Below are positions 54,001 to 62,066 of a DNA stretch of 64,000 nucleotides, one piece after another. This stretch comes from Vulcanimicrobiota bacterium. GTDB taxonomy: Bacteria; Vulcanimicrobiota; Vulcanimicrobiia; Vulcanimicrobiales; Vulcanimicrobiaceae. The DNA lies in assembly GCA_963795855.1 (NCBI GenBank), contig CAWCIZ010000003.1, forward strand, positions 736,001-800,000, given 5' to 3'. Every line of letters begins with the position of its first letter. Positions within the stretch are counted from its first letter, which is position 1. A model generated the notes under the pieces. The model was given only the letters and a program-made list of their open reading frames with translations, did no database searches and was not told the DNA's origin. The translations under genes were made by a program, and so were the position numbers.

Positions 54001-54745
54001 GTGCGGAAGCGCGGGATCGTACGCGAATCCGTACTGGAACGCGCCGGTTCAGAACCTGCTCAGTTCTAGTGCGGCCTATCCGACCTACGATATCTTCCCC
54101 GGTTCGATCGGCGGATCGGCGGACTCGTTCGCAATACCGTATGCGGCAACGGTCGTGCTGAACTACAAGCACGACAAGTTGGCGATTACGCCGAGTCTGC
54201 AATTCCTCGCGGGCAACCGGTACGGTTCGCCTGAAACGACGCCGGGCATCGACCCGGCCGCCGGATGCTTCGCGCTCCCGGGCAGCGCGGCGACGGATCC
54301 GCGCTACTCGTACGGCGCGCCGGGCGGCGCTCCGTACGACGCGATGTCGTGCCCGAGCGCCGGGATCGTCATTCCGAATCCCTATACGCACACGTACGAT
54401 CAACCCGGCGCTTTCGTGAATCCGAGCCAGCTGATGATGAACTTGCAACTCTCCTACGACGTCTCGCCGAAAGTGACGCTCGTCGGAACGTTTGCTAATA
54501 TCCTCAACCGCTGTTTCGGCGGCTCGAAAGAAGCCTGGACCGTGACCGATTCCAACGTCTGCAGCTACGGAATCAACAACAGTGCCGGAATCGTCGAGCC
54601 GGTCGGAAACGTCTACAATCCGGGCGCGACGATTCAGCCGTTCGTGCAATATCCGTACGAGCAGTATCTAGCGCCGGTGAACGTCGACGCCACGTCGACG
54701 AAACAGCCGTTCAACTTCTACTTGGAAGCCCGCATCAAGATGTAG
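51059..54745 (+). CDS. TonB-dependent receptor (Oar-like) with N-terminal carboxypeptidase-regulatory-like domain, Cys-rich
   Basis: RBS GGAGG; signal peptide; GGISGTVVD..IANARVTA..TDATGHF..L.PDTYTV; plug IRGG..YEFDGVP; barrel LQDQW..NLGLRED, QPRVS; 20 Cys counted. Confidence 0.88.
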   Translation: MPQSKRFRHVLAAVVLLVAMLAQGTWALAGTTGGISGTVVDTETQAPIANARVTAASPSQTATTQTDATGHFTFLSLTPDTYTVSADKDQYDAMSQAGITVFADATQNVAIAMHKTLKTIARVTSKAAGSLVKSGTTADVYSVNSATQDKINALGGGGNLNSAYAAVASVPGAVMPLNQAGYFQTVHIRGGDYDQVGYEFDGVPVNRSFDNYPSGQLSSLGMSELQVYTGATPANSEGQGLAGYINQVIKSGTYPGFGTVTAGIGAPVFYHKLSAEVGGATPNRLFSYYLGIGGYDQDFRYISQDNGIAYSDPYSGYGPVVVGLTPAAGCSDPSAVNYTECYANYNVNGSYAGPGGFLLGPYNWLAPSSIFDRDVVVNLHFGIPHHNDSGRDDVQLLWDSGMLLNGFYEAVNDIPGGNAAFSPNSDDPGPISYIDSYQWNGPVGTLLPANPSQYVSPYLYPASPPHAPNSLNVNPNQRDSIFNNQEIVKLQYQKNFGSDAYLRLYGYTYYSDWLQTGPVCAYLNYNCFVSPDYELSSHTRGASATFADQLNAQHLLTIEGNYTTADSIRDNNTQMFNGGGSRSLGAILVSSANPTAGYCYNTGTATTPGGTTLAPVSCDQSNASYIPWSCLADSTCVSPLQAAAPGFTCGGAPCAYLVAENSLYATYNKVVPKFSSVSLQDQWRPNDRWLFNLGLREDRFEFDGQSTGPNDPARQFWFNAFNLDNCVAADGFTLVSATSPGVCPAGTSAAQMSNPSNQVNSYNVFQPRVSGTYTLSPNTVLRFSAGKYVEPPNTAYEQYNTLQENLAGYLGPKFYKFGFTTPAHAVRPPTSDNFDVSWEQQLKGGWSFKLTPFYRKTKDQIQNFFLDQATGFISGLNVGRQTSEGVEFQLQKGDFNANGLSGLVSLTYTHSDINYGTLSNGSTIVSQINGDIQTYNAYTSFCAANPTDSRCGTTSSGVTAAPCYVATTDSTGAITGANPAACGSAGSYANPYWNAPVQNLLSSSAAYPTYDIFPGSIGGSADSFAIPYAATVVLNYKHDKLAITPSLQFLAGNRYGSPETTPGIDPAAGCFALPGSAATDPRYSYGAPGGAPYDAMSCPSAGIVIPNPYTHTYDQPGAFVNPSQLMMNLQLSYDVSPKVTLVGTFANILNRCFGGSKEAWTVTDSNVCSYGINNSAGIVEPVGNVYNPGATIQPFVQYPYEQYLAPVNVDATSTKQPFNFYLEARIKM

Positions 54746-54770
54746 GGCAATAGGAGCAACCGCTGCCATG

Positions 54771-54803
54771 AGGGGCGTCGCCGGTAGGCGGCGCCCCTTT
54801 GTT
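54771..54803 (+). terminator. Intrinsic terminator after receptor 1
   Basis: AGGGGCGTCGCC-GGTA-GGCGGCGCCCCT then TTGTT. Confidence 0.78.
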
Positions 54804-54927
54804 CTCAGCAGAGTCTCAGAGGATTAAGAATGCGTGAAAAGAAGCACCCACTAAGTCGCGGGGGAGCGACTTCTGTCCGCATGCCCCCACGGCGATATCA
54901 CCCAAGGCCTCTCTTAGAGGAGGAACC

Positions 54928-57900
54928 ATGCCAAAAACAAGACTCAGGCATGCGTTCGTGGCCGCAACGATCATGCTGGCGATGCTTGCCCAGGGAACAT
55001 GGGCACTGGCGGGCACCACCGGTACCGTTTCGGGCACGCTGACTGACAGCACGACCGGCAAGGCTATCGCTAACGCGAAAATCACTGCCGTGTCGCCGTC
55101 GCAGTCCGCGGATACCACGACCGATGCAGGAGGGCATTTCGGCTTTCTGGCTCTCGCCCCGGACACGTATACCGTGTCGGCAGAGAAGGACGGCTATGCC
55201 CCAGTCTCCACGGCGGGCGTAACGGTCTTCGCAGACCAAAGCCAAACCGTGGCACTGAGCACCCACCCCGAACTCAAAACCATCGCTCGCGTCACTTCGC
55301 GTGCCGCGGGCAACCTCGTGAAACCCGGCGTCACGGCTGACACGTACAGCGTGAACAGCGCCGGCGCTCAGGCGGCTGCGGCCCTCGGCGGCGGCGGCAA
55401 CCTGGACAGCGCCTACTCGGCAATCGCGTCCGTTCCGGGCGTGAACGTGCCGATCGGCGGTGCGGGCTGGAACAACAACGCGGTATTCATCCGCGGCAAC
55501 CAGTCCTTCTTCACGAGCTTCGAATATGACGGCGTCCCCGTCAACCGCGCGTTCGACAACTACAACTCCTCGACCGAGTCCAATCTCGGGCTTCAGGAGC
55601 TGCAGGTGTACACGGGCGGCGGTCCGGCCTCCAATTCGTCGGCCGGCACCTCGGGCTTCGTCAACCAAGTCATCAAGACCGGTACGTATCCGGGCTTCGG
55701 CAGCCTCAACGGCGGCATCGGAACCCCGGCGTACTATCACTCGGCGCGTGTTGAAACCGGCGGCGCAACGCCCAACCGGAACTTCAGTCTACTACGTCGG
55801 CATCAGCGGATACAACCAGGGCTTCCGCTACCTCGATCAGAGCGACGCGGCCTCGCTGTTCCAGCCGGGCGGCACGTTCGACTTCTTCCCGCAGTGGACG
55901 ACCATCGTCGGCGCGACCGGCACCAACGGCCGCGGCGTATGGCCGCTCTGTAATCCCGGAACGAACGTCAGCTCGATCGATCCGGCCAACCCCGTCTACG
56001 GATTCAACGGCGGCGGCAGAGGCTCGTATGCGGGTCAGTGCTTCATCGACACTCCCGCGGCAGCGCTGTTCGGCAATCTGGCCAGCATCGCCGACCGCGA
56101 AGACGTCGTGAACCTGCACTTCGGCATTCCGCATCGCAACGGCCAGCGCGACGACCTCCAGCTTCTCTGGAGCGCATCGGCAATGGATACGGCGTACTAC
56201 AGCAGCCCGAATGATGCCGGCGGCCTTGCCGCTTACACGCTCGCGGTTACCGGCTCGCCGTACGATCCGGTTGCGAACTACCCGAGCTACATCGACGCGA
56301 CGCAAGACTACAACGTACCGTTCGGAACCAACATCCAGCCGGGTGGGACGCCGTTGCCGACGATGCAGTACTTCCAGCCCTCGAGCCCCTCGAACCGTGA
56401 GGCGCTCGCGCAGGTCCCGGCCGATCGCCGTGACACAATTCACAACGACACCGGCGTCATCAAAGCTCAATACACGAAATCGCTCGGTTCGAACGCGTAT
56501 GCCCGCTTATTCGGCTATACGTTCTTCTCCGACTGGACGCAAGCGGGCGCGAATATGGCGTTCAATTGCTACGTCTGGGGCATCGGCGGTCCGAATGACT
56601 GCGGCGTCGCGCAGAACTACGACCTGATCACGCACACGGGCGGTGGCGAGCTGCAGTTGGCAGACCAGCTGACGGCAAAGCACTTGCTCCAATTCACGGC
56701 CAACTACACCACCGCAACGGTATCCCGCTTCAACAACTCGGGCTACATCTTCGATAGCCCCTTTGTGTACGGCGGTTCGTTCGTCGGTTTGGTTAGCCAA
56801 AACAACGGCACGTACACGTGTTACGATCCGTCGACCGGATCGAACGTCGACGCAAGCGGCAATCCGATTGGATGCCGCCCCGGCAGCGGTTCTCCGTTCT
56901 GGAGCGTCGCTGGTGCGGGTCCGTATCCGACTCCTCCCGCGGGCTCACCGGCGGCGGTGAACGGTGCGCAGTGGATCTCGCTGCAAAACGGCTCGACCTA
57001 CGGGACGTACAATACGGTCAAACCGAAGTTCCTCTTCACCTCGCTGACCGACGAGTTCCGTCCGAACGACAAACTCGACATCAACCTCGGCCTGCGTTGG
57101 GACCGTTACCAGTACGACCTCCCGGCACTCTCACCGGGCACCGGGTTCTACGCTCAAATCGAGAGCGCGGACGTGTGCCAAAACACGACAACGGGAGCCG
57201 TTCTGACGACCCCGCTGCGTCCGGGTCAAGCCCCGCCGGCGCCGGTGTTCTACACCGCCGACTGCACGCACGACCAAAACGGCGCTCCGCTGACCGGCTA
57301 TGCACATCCGTCGTTCAGCGCGACCTCGCCGTCGACGTACCTGCTGCAGGCGCTTTCACCGCGTGTCTCGTTCAGTTACACCATGGACCCGAGCACCGTC
57401 GTTCGCGGCGAAATCGGGCGCTATACGGAACCGCCGATTTCGGCGTCTCTGCAGTACCTCAACAGCTCCGGTAATGCGCTGACCGTGTGGAACGCAACGC
57501 TTCCGCTCGGCTTCAACTCGCCGTTCCATCCCATTCCGCTGATGTCGGCTATTCAGTCCGACCTCTCCTTGGAACATCAGTTCCACGGAACGGATATCAC
57601 GGCGAAAATCAGCCCGTTCTTCAACTGGACGAGCGGATACCAACAGCAGGCCTTCATCGGCCCGAACTTCGTGACGCAGGTCCCGGTCGGGTCGTTCCGG
57701 AGCTACGGCGTCGAAGCCTGCCCTTAGCAAGGGCGACTTCAACCGGGAAGGTCTTTCCGGCCAGGCCGCGCTCACGTATACGGATGCAAAGGTTCGCTAC
57801 GAGAGCACATTCTTCGGCAAGAACCAAGTCGCGGATGCCAACGCAGCAATCTCTCAGTTCAATTCGCTGACGAGTGCGGGCGGCGGCGCTCCGTGTTACA

Positions 57901-58733
57901 CGGAGTACGATCCGACCAACACTACCAATCCTGCAGGGCAGCCGACGTCGTGCAGCAATCCGCACGTAGTTACGAATCCGTACTACAACATGGCGCAGCA
58001 GTCGCTGCTCGATCCGTCGGGCTGGTATGCCCCGGGCGGCACCGGCCTCTCGCCAACGAATAACACGACGACGGGATACTTCGACGCGCCGCTCATCGGT
58101 TCGTTGATCCTCAACTACAAGCATAACAACTGGGCCATCACGCCGAGCTTCCAGGTCTCTGAAGGCTCCTCGTATGGCGGACCTTACGACACGACGGGTC
58201 TCGACCCGCGCGCTTGTCAGTTGAACTCGGCCGACGCCGGCATCACCGCCGTCTCGCCGACGACCAACCCCAACCAGTGCGACTATCTGGCGCTGCGCTC
58301 GGGCAACATCTCGCCCTCGCCGGTTGCCGGACAGTTGTTCGTGCCGAATCCACAGACGGGCTTGTTTGCGAAGCCGGGTCAGTTCCGCGATCCGTGGATC
58401 GCGACGTTGAACCTGCAACTTCGCTACGACATCTCGCCGAAGGTAACGGCACTCGCGACGCTCGCCGACATCTGGCACAGATGCTTCGGCGGCAGCAGCG
58501 AACCGTGGACCAAAGCGCCGTATGCGCCTAGCGCAAACGTCTGCAACTACGGTTCGAACTTCAGCTACGTCAGCAACTTCTACAACGGAACCAGCCCCGC
58601 TGACGCAGCTGCGAACGGTGCCGCGGCTCAGTATTGGATTCAGCAATCCTATACGCCGAGTCTGTTCGGGTCGGCCGGCAACGGTAACCCGTGGCCGTTC
58701 AACGCCTACTTCCAACTCCAGATCAAGCTCTAG
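54928..58733 (+). CDS. Second TonB-dependent receptor paralog (frameshifts near 55788 and 57720)
   Basis: ORFs 54928..55953, 55460..57727 and the frame ending at 58733 are each collinear with receptor 1 (VNRAFDNY, VVNLHFGIPH, KGDFN, NPYYN, RCFGGS.EPWT, PFNAYFQLQIKL). Confidence 0.88.
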
Positions 58734-58766
58734 GTTCGCTAGCGCGAGATTCCTGGAAACGGAGCG

Positions 58767-58800
58767 GAGCGCCCCTGCAACGCAGGGGCGCTCTTTTTTT
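58767..58800 (+). terminator. Intrinsic terminator after receptor 2
   Basis: GAGCGCCCCTGC-AAC-GCAGGGGCGCTC then T7. Confidence 0.9.
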
Positions 58801-58819
58801 CTGCCGCATGTTGCAGCGG

Positions 58820-59029
58820 ATGAAAGCCGGTTATCTGTGCGAGGATTGCGAGATTGCGATTTGGCCGACGACGACGCGTTCGGAACTGTCGTGGCTCAAA
58901 GATCGCATCCACGTCGTGCGCGAAGTCGCGAAACATTCGCACGGCGGACTCGAGGGGTGGATGACGGAGGGGCTGGATTTTCTGAACGATCACTCCGGCC
59001 ACAGCGTGATCCTGGTCACGAAGAAATGA
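58820..59029 (+). CDS. Small putative zinc-binding protein (CxxC ... HxxH)
   Basis: MKAGYLCEDCEIAIW..FLNDHSGHSVILVTKK; fills the gap between a terminator and a convergent gene. Confidence 0.65.
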   Translation: MKAGYLCEDCEIAIWPTTTRSELSWLKDRIHVVREVAKHSHGGLEGWMTEGLDFLNDHSGHSVILVTKK

Positions 59030-59033
59030 GCGG

Positions 59034-59522
59034 TTAGTCTCCTTCGGGTTCGTTTTGCCGCTTCTCAGCCTCGAGCAGCACCTCGAGTTCGGGAAGGACG
59101 AGCTGGTCCTTGACGCGATTCGCCGCTTTCTTTGCTCGAATCAGCCCTTCGAGCGAGAGCACGAGGACGTCACGCTCGTACAGCGCCATCGTTTGCGCGA
59201 AATTTTTGATTTCCGCGTAGTTGAAAAAACCGCCGACGTGAGCCAAAATGTCGACGTTGCCCGCATCTGTTTTTAGCGTGAAATTGCCCCCGTTATACAG
59301 CGTGTGCTCATCGAACGGGAATGCGATGGCCTCATCCGTGCCGGGAACGCGCAGTTTCGGATTCAGCGGCCTCAATGCTTGCACGAGTTTCGCGATGTTC
59401 TCGCGAGTGTGCGCATAGGCGATGTCAAAGTCTTCCGTTCTGTATGCCGAGCCTTGCGCCGCCAGCGCAACTCCGCCGATGATGACGAAGTCGATCGCGT
59501 TATCGGTTAGAGCCTCTACCAA
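59034..59522 (-). CDS. Nucleotidyltransferase-fold putative toxin (MenT/AbiEii-like); start uncertain
   Basis: FVIIGGVA....G..YRTEDFDI (GG..A..R.T.D.D), VDIL, LIRAKKAANRVKD. Confidence 0.8.
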   Translation of the reverse strand: MVEALTDNAIDFVIIGGVALAAQGSAYRTEDFDIAYAHTRENIAKLVQALRPLNPKLRVPGTDEAIAFPFDEHTLYNGGNFTLKTDAGNVDILAHVGGFFNYAEIKNFAQTMALYERDVLVLSLEGLIRAKKAANRVKDQLVLPELEVLLEAEKRQNEPEGD

Positions 59523-59529
59523 GACGCGA

Positions 59530-59718
59530 TTATTGTCGACGATGACGGTGGGCCTTTCTCAGCTCCTTCGTGAAGGCCAGACTCTCCGACAATCGCTGCA
59601 AACGTTCGGTGGGCGTCAAGGCGAGATTCTGCTCAGTCAGCGTGAGATCGATGCCGAACTCCCTCGCTCGTTTTACGGCGTTGCTATCGCCCAAATCTGC
59701 AATCGTGATGCGTTTCAT
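59530..59718 (-). CDS. Small putative antitoxin (62 aa)
   Basis: RBS AGGA; GIDLTLTEQNLALTPTERL; directly upstream of the nucleotidyltransferase. Confidence 0.65.
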   Translation of the reverse strand: MKRITIADLGDSNAVKRAREFGIDLTLTEQNLALTPTERLQRLSESLAFTKELRKAHRHRRQ

Positions 59719-59760
59719 TTCGTGTCCTGTCCGTGATTCTAACATGGGTTGTATGCAAAG

Positions 59761-59792
59761 AAAAAAGACCGCGGGAGGGGCGGTCTTTTTCT
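59761..59792. terminator. Bidirectional intrinsic terminator downstream of the LysM gene
   Basis: AAAAAAGACCGC-GGGAGGG-GCGGTCTTTTT. Confidence 0.82.
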
Positions 59793-59813
59793 GTTCCGTC
59801 GAATGACGAAAAA

Positions 59814-60095
59814 CTACATCGGAACGCGCAGCCGTTGACCCGGCTCTATCGAAGGTCCGGCGAGATGGTTCACCTCGCTGATGCGATCGATCGTGTCTTG
59901 CACGTCGCCGGCGCTCGCCGTGTGCGCGGATGCGATGCTCCATAGCGTATCGCCCGGACGCACGACGACCGTTGCGTAATGCTGCGGCGTCGCGGCGTAG
60001 AGATGCATGCTCGAAAGCGCCGGAACCGTTACCATCAAGCTGAGCGCGGCCAGCGTGATAATCGGCATCAAGGTGAATCGTCTGCGCTTGCCCAC
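59814..60095 (-). CDS. TM plus LysM small protein, YneA-like SOS division inhibitor
   Basis: RBS AGGAG then GTG; basic N-terminus, TM helix, VVRPGDTLWSIA..N.L..IEPGQRLRVP; divergent from lexA. Confidence 0.85.
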   Translation of the reverse strand: MGKRRRFTLMPIITLAALSLMVTVPALSSMHLYAATPQHYATVVVRPGDTLWSIASAHTASAGDVQDTIDRISEVNHLAGPSIEPGQRLRVPM

Positions 60096-60122
60096 CGTCG
60101 TACTCCTCACTATATGTTGGGC

Positions 60123-60136
60123 CGAACGTCCGTTTG
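60123..60136. promoter_or_regulatory. LexA box 1
   Basis: CGAAC-GTCC-GTTTG (CGAAC-N4-GTTCG type). Confidence 0.75.
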
Positions 60137-60163
60137 GTTCACTAGCGTTCCTATATGTTGGGC

Positions 60164-60177
60164 CAAACGCCTGTTCG
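60164..60177. promoter_or_regulatory. LexA box 2
   Basis: CAAAC-GCCT-GTTCG. Confidence 0.75.
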
Positions 60178-60185
60178 TCCCCTAG

Positions 60186-60216
60186 ATTTTACCATAGCCG
60201 CTTCGAGCGCTGTCAA
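60186..60216 (-). promoter_or_regulatory. Sigma70-type promoter for the LysM gene
   Basis: Minus strand TTGACA-N19-TAAAAT with TG extension; spacer is long. Confidence 0.5.
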
Positions 60217-60225
60217 TAGGTGTCT

Positions 60226-60239
60226 CGAACATATGTTTG
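60226..60239. promoter_or_regulatory. LexA box 3, overlapping the candidate lexA -35
   Basis: CGAAC-ATAT-GTTTG; candidate promoter TTGCCT-N17-TACGGT at 60237-60265. Confidence 0.8.
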
Positions 60240-60320
60240 CCTTACCGGCCGTTTTATGCTACGGTTGTAAAGCGAACGCATGCCATACGCATGGCATTTT
60301 TTTTGTAGCGGGGAGGACCG

Positions 60321-60929
60321 ATGGAACAGACTACAGAGCGTCAGCAGCGCATTCTCGAGGTGATACGCCAGTTTACGGCCGAGCGCGGCTATCCGCCGTC
60401 CGTGCGCGAGATCGGGGAGCGCGTCGGGCTTTCGTCCTCGTCGACGATTCATGCCCACCTCAAGACGTTGGAGCGGCACGGCCTTATCAGCCGCGACCCC
60501 ACCAAACCTCGCGCCTTGCGCAGCGAGTTCCCCTCGGGCGGCTCACCGGCGCCGGCCACGGTCGTCATGCCGGTCATCGGCAAAGTTGCAGCCGGCGTGC
60601 CGATTACTGCGCAAGAAAACGTCGAGGGCGAGTTCGTGCTGCCGGCCTCGTTCGCGCGCGGATCGGAAAACTTCATGCTGCGCGTCCAGGGCGACTCGAT
60701 GGTCGATGCCGCAATTCTCGACGGCGATCTCATCCTCGTGCGTCCGCAGCGCAGCGCGAACAATGGTGAAATCGTCGTGGCGATGCTCGACGGTGAAGCG
60801 ACCGTAAAACGCTTCTACAAAGAAGACGGCCGCGTACGCCTGCAGCCGGAGAATACGGCGATGGAGCCAATCTACTCCACCGATGTCACTGTCGTCGGCC
60901 GCGTCGAGGCCGTGGTTCGCAAGCTGTAA
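60321..60929 (+). CDS. lexA: SOS repressor LexA
   Basis: GYPPSVREIG, HAHLKTLE, KPRAL; VAAG cleavage site; GDSM (Ser); ATVKR (Lys). Confidence 0.97.
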   Translation: MEQTTERQQRILEVIRQFTAERGYPPSVREIGERVGLSSSSTIHAHLKTLERHGLISRDPTKPRALRSEFPSGGSPAPATVVMPVIGKVAAGVPITAQENVEGEFVLPASFARGSENFMLRVQGDSMVDAAILDGDLILVRPQRSANNGEIVVAMLDGEATVKRFYKEDGRVRLQPENTAMEPIYSTDVTVVGRVEAVVRKL

Positions 60930-60951
60930 GAGCATCGCCGACGCGCCGTCC

Positions 60952-62066
60952 ATGGCGGCGGTGCGCGAGGCGTTGCCGTGGAGCCTAGCCGGACTCGTTG
61001 CCGGCCTCATCGGCTTCATGGTGGTCGTGCCGGTGCACGGTTCGTTTTTCGGCAGCCTGCTGCGGCGCATTTCGCTTGCAGAGCTGCCCGCCTTCGGCGT
61101 TATGGCATTCGCGCTCGCCGGCATTTTGCCGTACCGTTTGGCGGTCCATCTGCGGCTCGCGCGATTCGTCGTGGTAACTGCTGCAATGCTGACGTTCCTC
61201 CTTGCGCTTCCGCGTTCGATCGCGCTTTCCGACCCGCTCGCATACTTGCACCGCATCGGCGAGAGCGGATTGTTTTTGGCGATCATCGTTGCACTCGCGG
61301 TCGTCGGCGCGTGCGCCGGTGTGCGTCGTTTCGTGGACTCTCCGGTTCTCGCCGACGTGCTCGGATCGAGTATCGTCGTGGCCGCCGCCGCCGCGCTCTT
61401 CGCGGCGCATTTCTCGCTCGGCAACGAACTAATCGGCGCGCTCGCGCCGCTGGGAAAGCTCGGTGACACGTATCTCGCTCTGCTGATCATCACCGTGGCC
61501 GAAACGCTGCTGTGGACGATCGGCATTCACGGCCCCGCTACGCTCGCGGCGATCGTAACGCCGGTGTATCTCACGCTGCAGTTCCAGAATACGGATGCGT
61601 TCAGTCATCACCGGCCGCTGCCGCACATCGTCGTCGTCTCGCTGTTTTTGTTCGTTTTTCCCGGGGGCGCCGGCGCGACGCTTCCGCTCGCCGGGCTCCT
61701 CGCGCTCAGCAAAGTGGATCGTTTGCGAAAGATCGGGCGCTTGACGATCGTTCCGTCGATCTTCAATATCAACGAGCCGCTGATCTTCGGGCTGCCGCTC
61801 GTGCTCAATCCGTTTTTGGCGGTTCCGTTCACGGTCGTGCCGGTCGTCCTCGCGACGGTCACCTATCTTGCCGTTGCTCACGGCTCGTCGCTCGGCCGGC
61901 CTTGTACATCCCGTCGAGCCTGCCGAGTTTTATCTCCACGTACCTTGCGACGTTCGACGTGCGCGCGATTGCGCTGGTTGCCGCAAACATCGCCATCGCG
62001 ACGATCATCTACATTCCGTTCGTACGCGCGTACGAAGCGCACGAACGCGCGCCGGCCGCCGGATGA
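60952..62066 (+). CDS. PTS EIIC component, cellobiose/lactose family (frameshift near 61885; start uncertain)
   Basis: LWTIGIHG, GGAGATL, PSIFNINEPLIFGLPLVLNP..PF, IYIPFVRAYE. Confidence 0.88.

Noticed and set aside
60137..60150. Alphaproteobacterial LexA site GTTC-N7-GTTC
   Set aside because: Spacing is N6 and three better palindromic boxes are present.
60110..60177. CRISPR mini-array
   Set aside because: Only two imperfect repeats with a 14-nt spacer, no cas genes, and explained by operator duplication.
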